A DNA stretch of 51,903 nucleotides, counting the filler, from Stramenopiles sp. TOSAG23-2 (Eukaryota): NCBI GenBank assembly GCA_900128395.1. It is 3 parts of 3 records of this genome, joined end to end, with 100 filler letters (N's around TTAATTAATTAA, not from the genome) between each part and the next. Parts side by side here need not be neighbours in the genome. Positions count along the whole stretch, not along the records: positions 34,705 to 51,903 come from LT649655.1; 2 more parts are not named here. One strand, given 5' to 3'. The number at the start of each line of letters is the position of its first letter. The first letter of the stretch is position 1. Below the pieces are notes generated by a model. The model was not told the DNA's origin. It did not search any database and saw only the letters and a program-made list of their open reading frames with translations. Below are positions 44,573 to 51,903 of the stretch, piece after piece. Made by a program: the position numbers and the translations under genes.

Positions 44573-46027
44573 ATGAATATATTAGAAGCAAAACCAATGT
44601 CATTCATTACAGGATTAGGGCATTATCAAGGTATGGACGATAATGATGGTAATACTAATAGTGGTGGTGGTTCATCCCATAAAATTGTCGGTGGAGTTAC
44701 GGAACACGTGTTATGGGTTGTATTAACCATATTATATAGTTTGTTGTGTCTATTAGTTGTCGTGCAATTGTTAAGAATTATTGTCTATCGGCATAATGTC
44801 GTATCGTTCCAAGGTGGCTTCTTGTCATTAAGTTTGATATGGTCAGCGCTTCGCTTGCTCTTTTGGTTCAGTAATACGTTAGATTGGCCAGAATGGGTAC
44901 AATTATTATGTTATTGGTTGCCTGATTTATTACAGTTTGCTACGTTTGCTGATTTAGTTGTTTATTATTTAAAAATTGTTTACATACGACAATGGGACCG
45001 TATTCAATGCAAGGTATGGACTATATATATAACGGCGAATTTAACCGTCTCCGTCGCCTTGTCGGTGTGGCTTTATTTGTTTCAAATCGTATACAAAGGC
45101 CAAAGAGAGCGTGAAAATGACGTTGCATTTTATTATAGTATATTTTCTGGTATTACGTTTGGTGTATTAATGGTGTTTATTTCATATTATGGTTACAGGG
45201 TCTTTAAAATTAGATTGACCAGAAGAATGCGACTTCACCATCCATTTGCATCAACAACAGTTATGGTTGGTCTTACGTTTCTAGTTTTCATTGTATTTTT
45301 AACTCGTTGTATTTATGGTTTTTTACAAGCATGTGGTGGCCATGCTATGTCAGATCCAGTTGGATCAAGACGCGAGCAATGGAAAACATTGCCACAAGCT
45401 GTTGATGTTGCAACCTTTGTTCTATTAATACTATGGGAATTGTTGCCAACATTTGCGTTAGTTATGCTATTTCGACGTATACCAAAGACAAGTAATAATT
45501 TATGTACCATATGGTGTGATAAAATAAGCGGTAGAAACAAAAGTTTAAATAATAGTTTTGATGAGACGTTTAATAATGCACGCACTGGCTTGTTAGAAAA
45601 TGGAAATAATGGAAATTCGAAAAATAATTCATATGGTGCAAATGGTAGCCATAGCCATAGTGGTGATGATAAGACACATTTAAGAAATATGTCAACCATA
45701 CCTTCCTCTGGCAATAGCAATGGATTTACATATAATGGCGGAGAATCGCCAAGAAATAAAAAATCAAATGCATCTTCGTTACTTGGTAGTGGCAACGATA
45801 TATTTGATAATGAAAATCGTTACGATAGTGATGGTGAATCATCACCATATTCATTAAATACATATTCATTGACTCCGGGTACACCTTTGTTCTTGAATAA
45901 TACATTAGGAGCTATGGGTGGACAATCTTTTAATGATAATGATAAACAAAATGAAACAATGCAACAAAATTTACAATCGCACACGTCTCCATATGATTTA
46001 TTGCATGGAAATTCTAGTCTTAGCTGA
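44573..46027 (+). CDS. 7-TM protein, GPR137/TOM1-like, copy 2
   Basis: Translation identical to 40861-42315. Confidence 0.8.
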   Translation: MNILEAKPMSFITGLGHYQGMDDNDGNTNSGGGSSHKIVGGVTEHVLWVVLTILYSLLCLLVVVQLLRIIVYRHNVVSFQGGFLSLSLIWSALRLLFWFSNTLDWPEWVQLLCYWLPDLLQFATFADLVVYYLKIVYIRQWDRIQCKVWTIYITANLTVSVALSVWLYLFQIVYKGQRERENDVAFYYSIFSGITFGVLMVFISYYGYRVFKIRLTRRMRLHHPFASTTVMVGLTFLVFIVFLTRCIYGFLQACGGHAMSDPVGSRREQWKTLPQAVDVATFVLLILWELLPTFALVMLFRRIPKTSNNLCTIWCDKISGRNKSLNNSFDETFNNARTGLLENGNNGNSKNNSYGANGSHSHSGDDKTHLRNMSTIPSSGNSNGFTYNGGESPRNKKSNASSLLGSGNDIFDNENRYDSDGESSPYSLNTYSLTPGTPLFLNNTLGAMGGQSFNDNDKQNETMQQNLQSHTSPYDLLHGNSSLS

Positions 46028-46492
46028 AGAATATGCGTGGGATATATGGAGCGAAAGAGTATTTATATTAATTTAAAATATTATTTTTTTTTCAAGTACA
46101 TATCATATTAATATGTTTTATAAAATTAATGACGGGTGTTTAAAATAATTTAATTTACGCATAATGTGTTTAAAATATACGACCCGTCGTACGAATTCGT
46201 ACGTACATAAATATTGAAATACGAACCGCAGGGGTCGTACATATATGTGCCATAATATATAATAATTGAATAAATACTCTCGTACGTCTCGTCGAACGAA
46301 TTCAGTATTAAAAAAAGAGACATCTCTCTACCCCAGTAAACTTTCTATATTATACTTCGTATAGTACACGCGTGTATAATATTTTTATATTTTTTTAGAA
46401 TATATTTTTTTTATGCTTTATATAAAATAAAATATGCATAAAAGTTTGAAAAACACACACGCGCACACACACACACACACACACCACTTAAT

Positions 46493-49229
46493 CTATGCAC
46501 CTGTAAATGCTGCATTACTACTACTCTCACTATTTTCATCCTTGGTCATTTGTCTTTCCATTTCCTTTGAAACTACATCTGTAAATCGTAAGAAATCACC
46601 AATTCTTATTCCTTCAGAATTGTCATCCGATGGATCGAAACGTTCTGTCGCACGCTTTATAATCTCTTCACTACTACCTAATCGTGTTGCAAAATCTGCT
46701 CCTTTTGGCAATGCATTTTCTTTACCCCATGTTAAACGAATATCTTCTCTCCATGTCTCCCACTGATCATGCCATTTAGATGTGCCTTCATCAAAATGAT
46801 TCAACATACCCGATTGGATTTTAATACGCTTAACTTCCATTTCATTATCATGTTTTGCAACTGGTTGCTTTAGTTTATTTAGTTCTTCTTCCCCTTCTTT
46901 TGGTAAATCATAATCCCTTTCAGTCGCTTGCATTGCATATGCATTTTTCATTCCTTGCATTGATTCTAATATTGCCGCATGTAATATTCGTTTGATTTCA
47001 ATACGCATCATCAACGCTTGCTTTTGCTTTGATGTCAATTTGATGGGATTAGGGGAATTTTCATATGCTTCTGAAAAATAATACAAATCCTCTTCCAAAG
47101 ATGTAGGGTATTTTCGCAATAATGATTCTGCTCCATGTAACAAGGAGGAGAATAAGTTAAATTCATTTTCCCCATTAATCGGTTCAGCTGGGTTAATTTC
47201 TTTGAAAGCTTTTGTTATTTTTCCTGCTTCCTCTTTTCGTTTCTTATCACTTTCAAGTTTTGCCTTTAACTCTTCCGGCGATAATGTAGGCTGTTGATTT
47301 TCTTCTCCCGCACCAGCAAGTTTGCCTAAAGCGGATTTTTTTAAAATATCTTGCAATAATTTATTCATATCATTTTTTGGTTCTCCAGCACTATAATCAG
47401 AATTACCTTGTCCAGTAAGAGCAAAAATATCTTGCAATAATTTATTCATATCATTTTTTGGTTCTCCAGCACTGTCATCAGAATTACCTTGTCCAGTAAG
47501 AGCATCCATACCTGGTATTGCTTTTCCTAATGCTTGTTTTATAGCATCTGCAATTATTGCATTCATATCGCCTGCTGGTGGTGGTGGTGAATTTGGTGCC
47601 CCATTACCAACAGCAGCAGTATGTGCACTTCCTGCGACATTTGGAGGCAGTGGTGGTGGCATTTGCATACCTGGTGGTGGTGTAACACCAGGTGGAAATT
47701 GCATACCGGGTGGTGGTGGAGGAAATTGACTGGGTGGAACATTATCAGGCGTACCACATGATCCTGAATCTGGCAAAACATCTTTTCTTCTTAATTCACG
47801 TATTCTCATCCCCTCAATAAATCGTGGTGATGGTTGCCCATCCAATGCAACATGTGTTTGCATATCAGCTTCTAGTTGCTGCTGTTTTAATAATGTCATT
47901 TTATCGTTTAACAACGCATCTTCCTGCTCCGTAGCTTGATCAAGACCTAGTCCAAATCCAACTGTTTCATATGCATTATTTGGTAAAACGAAACCATATG
48001 TGACTAATAAATCAGGATTTGTCATAATCCCATAACTTATAAATATTTCTTCTCCAGCTTTATAATCATTATCTGCATATATTTTTAAGAACTTTGTCTT
48101 GTCGTCGTAATCATATGCAAATTGTAATGCCGGATAGGAGTTGTGTTATAAATATTTCTTCTCCAGCTTTATAATCATTATCTGCATATATTTTTAAGAA
48201 CTTTGTCTTGTCGTCGTAATCATATGCAAATTGTAATGCCGGATAGGAGTTGTGATGATTTAGAAAATCACAAAAGGGTACCATCAATGACAATATACCA
48301 AAATCCTTTGCTTTTTCTTTTTCAGTTGTAACAATTGAATGTCCATATCTTTCCGTAATATTCAACGCAAATGATCGTGATAATGATATGGCATATGCCC
48401 ATGCAAAATTTTCATATGTGAATTGGTTTGCTTCAAAAAATTCATGCATCACAGGTTGCAATTCCGTGTTTTCAGTTGTAACAATTGAATGTCCATATCT
48501 TTCCGTAATATTCAACGCAAATGATCGTGATAATGATATGGCATATGCCCATGCAAAATTTTCATATGTGAATTGGTTTGCTTCAAAAAATTCATGCATC
48601 ACAGGTTGCAATTCCGTATATAATTTTCCTACTTTTTTTCTTTGCTTACGCACTCTTGCTATTATTGGACATTGCCATTCCTCTGGACACTGCAGTAATG
48701 CAATATCTTGCTCGCTCCAAAATAACATATGATCTAATTCATTCATCTTTGGCATGATATCTAAATACTCTCTCCATTCTGAATTAGGTTGGTATTTTTC
48801 ATACAACGTATGCAATGCTAAAACAACTTTCTCCCCAACTACATCTGAGAGCATATCTAACACTTTTCCTATTTTTGAACGAGAAGCTGATAGTTTAGAC
48901 ATAAATAAGGAACTAGGAATTTGCAATAATAAATCGCCTCGTTTTTTATCTACTTTAGAGGTTAAGCCACGATGTAATACCTTTGTACCTATTGTCGGAA
49001 AGTATTTAATCTCTAAATCGTGCTTTGGTATATCCTTCGAATCCAACCATTTTAAAAATTTAACTTCCGATTCTGACAAATCACTAGTAGTAGTTTGTTT
49101 GTTTTCCTTCTTTAAAGAATGTGCAAAATTACAAATATTATGAATATTAATAATAGTAAAAACAAAAAATGTTAGAAAATATGTTAGGATGAAAGTGACC
49201 ATTCCATAATTTCTTCGCTTATTGATCAT
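46493..49229 (-). CDS. SET-domain lysine methyltransferase (Rubisco LSMT/SETD3/SETD6 class) with hydrophobic N-terminus
   Basis: HRGL, SEWREYL..MP, FAWAYAISLSRSF, MVPFCDFLNH, GEEIFISYG..N.DLLVTYGF and YPTSLEED. The frame is restored by collapsing a 109-nt duplication (48037/48146). In-frame 81-nt and 150-nt duplications are also present. Confidence 0.85.
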
Positions 49230-49826
49230 GATAAGAAGATAAATTTTCTTTTCTTTTTTTTTTCTTCCAAATCCGTTGTTGTTGTTAATAAGTGACCATT
49301 CCATAATTTCTTCGCTTATTGATCATGATAAGAAGATAAATTTTCTTTTCTTTTTTTTTTCTTCCAAATCCGTTGTTGTTGTTAATGTTGTTCGATCAAT
49401 CAATCTAGGTGTACAAACTGAACCTTTGATTTCTTTGTGATTGTTTTCCAGGATTTATTAATAGTTATATTACTCTTCCGTATTGTTTATACATCGCTAT
49501 GTCTAAAAAAAATATATATATATATATATATATTCTTTGCTATTAATAACCAGCTAAACAACACCGGCGGCGGGGATGGAAAACGAGAAGAGGCGAGAGG
49601 GCTTCGTGTTAGGTGTTAGGTTTCAATTATTTCATAGGTAAATATACTTCTTAGTTATATATATAAAACGTACAATGCTATTTGATGCTATCGGCGAATG
49701 TTGTATAATATATATTTTTAAGTGATAGAACCCACCCCATCATTCATTATTAGAAAAGAAACATCTCTCACAGATAGTATACTATATGTAGAAACAACAA
49801 ACAAGAAGATATATTCATCATCAACT

Positions 49827-50872
49827 ATGAATAGTAATGAAGAGATCGAGACATATTCATATGTCGATTTCATACATAACGATAAATCGAAAGAATTAAT
49901 TGCTTGTGATGTTGGTAAAAAAATGTTAAATGTAATGAAGAGATCGAGACATATTCATATGTCGATTTCATACATAACGATAAATCGAAAGAATTAATTG
50001 CTTGTGATGTTGGTAAAAAAATGTTAAATGCAAATATACAATTTATAAAATGTAGAACAAATTGTTCTGGTCCAAAGGAACAAGAAGCGATTGATTATTT
50101 TTCAAATGGCGTCGTTGATTTTGGTAGAATGTGATCTCCAGCGTACCTAAAAGCTAAAGAATTTCTAATTCCTTTAGTCGCGCCTGTTGTTAGTTGGGCT
50201 TCTGGCGCACAATCAAAAGGTACAACTTATACGTCAGATTTAATTGTAAAAAATGACTCTAAATATAGTAACTGGGAAGATTTAAAAGGTTCCGTATTTG
50301 CATACAACGATGATGTTAGTTTGAGTGGTTATGTATGTTTAAAGATTTGGATGCACGAATATAAGCGTAGGGATACTACGAAGCCATACTTTTCTAACGC
50401 ATATGCTACAGGTAGTCATTCTAAATCCATTCAAGCTGTTATTGATGGGAAAGCTGCTTGCGCTGTAATAGATAGAATAACACGTGAAGCGATAGAAAAA
50501 GAAAATCCAACTATAAGATCAAAATATAGAATTTTAAAGGATGTTATAATAGGCGAAATGCCTGCACAACCTATATGTATACGGAAAGATATTGATATAA
50601 AAAGTCGAGATAAAATTTTAAATGCATTTTTGAAAATAAACAATAGTAATAGTATCGAAATGAAAAAATTAAATTTTGTAAAATATGAAAAAGTAAATTC
50701 TAAATTTTATGAAGGGTTACAAACGAAAATAAATAATAGTGAATATATAGAATTTTCCCCTTCATCATCAACAACAAAAACAAGTAGTTGTAATAAACGT
50801 AAACGGAAATGTATGAATAATAACAATGTAAAAAAGACATGTATATCAACAGAGAGTAATGGTGATAATTAA
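49827..50872 (+). CDS. PhnD/phosphonate-binding-family protein with in-frame UGA (50132-50134); candidate selenoprotein, ~315 aa
   Basis: After collapsing a 98-nt duplication (49834/49932), a single frame reads MNSNEE...CSGP..DYFSNGVVDFGRM*SPAY...APV...YTSDLIV..DS..WEDLKG..FAYNDDVSLSGY...TGSHSKSIQAVIDGKAACAVID. These are periplasmic-binding-protein motifs on both sides of the TGA. Confidence 0.82.
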
Positions 50873-50933
50873 TTTTTGTATAAAATAGTATCATTTATAT
50901 GGTGCGATACAGACAGGGCAAGAATGTATATGT

Positions 50934-51034
50934 ATAACAGAAGATAATATAAATGAAGTTGGCAAGACTAAAATTATTTAAAAAAAAAAGAAAAGAAAAA
51001 GTTTTGAATATTAACCAACTGATATATTTGTTGT
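50934..51034 (+). promoter_or_regulatory. Candidate eukaryotic SECIS element
   Basis: AUGA 50953-56 / UGAU 51020-23 core. Helix II AGUUGG-CAAGACU pairs with AGUUUUG-(8-nt bulge)-CCAACU. Unpaired AAAA at 50970-73. Helix I AUAACAGA/UUUGUUGU. Confidence 0.75.
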
Positions 51035-51654
51035 GTGGATGTATGTTTCTTGTGCTTTTGTGTTTTATGTAAGAAGCCGTGATGTATACGTAATATAACC
51101 TGTCATGTTTGTAATTTTTGTTCTAATTTTTGTAAAATATAGTGTGTGCCATCTCAACCATTCTCACCTCACCTCACACACAGCTTTTGTAGTAATAAGT
51201 AGTTTCTGTCGTCATCAATTTCTGAAAATTGGAAATAACACTACATAGCATTATAATTAGTTTTGAGATCTACTCTTCGTTTCTGTCCGTCAAAGTATAT
51301 GACAGTCCGTCATATGCTTTTTTTAGGTGGTTGCCCGGCATGCCTGGCTTGCCAGCTTGCCTTTTATTAATAGCTTGGTACGTACAAACGTGACCATTAT
51401 AACATTACAATTATACAATTATAACTATTACAACAAACACATTGCTTATATAATACAAAACAATCTAAGTATATATACCACATATGATATGATAAATGTT
51501 TGAAAGGTTGAACAAAACCAAAACAACATTATTAAAAATATTAAGAACTCTGACAACAATCTTGTTAGACAACGGTGACCAAAGCTTTAAATCACAAACT
51601 TGTTGGAAGTCCTATATCCGACTATATACACACACACACACACACACACAAAAG

Positions 51655-51732
51655 ATGGCGTCAAGAATTACAAAACAACGGAAAGAGGTGAAGGTAAAGG
51701 AGGACGACGATGAAATTAAAAACATATACGAT
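51655..51732 (+). CDS. Probable first exon of a gene running off the window
   Basis: aaagATGG start after a (CA)n tract. Reads MASRITKQRKEVKVKEDDDEIKNIYD, followed by the GTATGT donor also seen in the MORN intron. Confidence 0.4.
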
Positions 51733-51903
51733 GTATGTAGTGATTTTATTTACTCATAAATATATATAATATGTAAACACTAAAAACGATGAATACTTAT
51801 AATAATATGTCAAAAGTAATTTCATAAAATGGAAAAGATATAACCGTATCCTCATGCAATTCCTTATATTGATTTCCGTATTTAAAAAATCCCGTTATGC
51901 TTA

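Larger units (their letters stand above)
40649..48091. repeat. 3.7-kb tandem duplication (40649-44353 / 44354-48091)
   Basis: Identical 484-aa ORFs at an offset of 3712. The flanks differ by indels and SNPs. Confidence 0.95.

Noticed and set aside
44573-46027. Genuine GPR137-like gene amplification
   Set aside because: The CDS is identical with polymorphic flanks, and the junction cuts the neighbouring gene. This is more parsimoniously an expanded haplotype bubble, though it cannot be excluded without reads.
50132-50134. Genome-wide UGA reassignment (Trp/Cys)
   Set aside because: TGA terminates CFDP1, GPR137-like, CWC25 and ARID genes at sensible ends, and no other conserved gene needs an internal TGA.
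1-51903. Transposase, reverse transcriptase, viral, rRNA or tRNA genes
   Set aside because: No such motifs were recognised in any ORF or intergenic region.

Overview
AT-rich, gene-dense, nearly intron-free eukaryotic (protist) DNA. It consists of three unrelated ~17.2 kb contigs (1-17265, 17365-34604, 34705-51903) joined by artificial N-TTAATTAATTAA-N spacers. About 22 protein genes can be supported: PDZ/PA protein, SEC14, Tudor-steroid 5-alpha-reductase, CEP164-like WW protein, alpha carbonic anhydrase, ISN1, MORN protein, POLD4-like, histone-fold, CFDP1, fumarase, AKR7-like, Tudor-ARID-GATA, lipase 3, IQCC-like, CWC25, GH78 rhamnosidase, TRIP4-like, NDUFA1, GPR137-like, SET methyltransferase and a PhnD-like protein. 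A flagellated heterotroph, possibly a stramenopile, is an inference only. Many 55-290 bp tandem or inverted duplications and one 3.7 kb duplication look like assembly or amplification artefacts, and they break several ORFs. The top finding is a bacterial-type PhnD/phosphonate-binding-family gene (49827-50872). It has an in-frame TGA at a position where I recall a conserved Cys in the family, plus a well-formed eukaryotic SECIS in its 3' UTR, making it a candidate new selenoprotein. Other notable items are a dispersed ~136-nt structured element with compensatory base changes downstream of two unrelated genes, a lamin-B-receptor-like Tudor-plus-reductase fusion, and distinct motif vocabularies in head-to-head versus tail-to-tail intergenic spacers. 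All family assignments are from motif recognition by eye; no searches were run.
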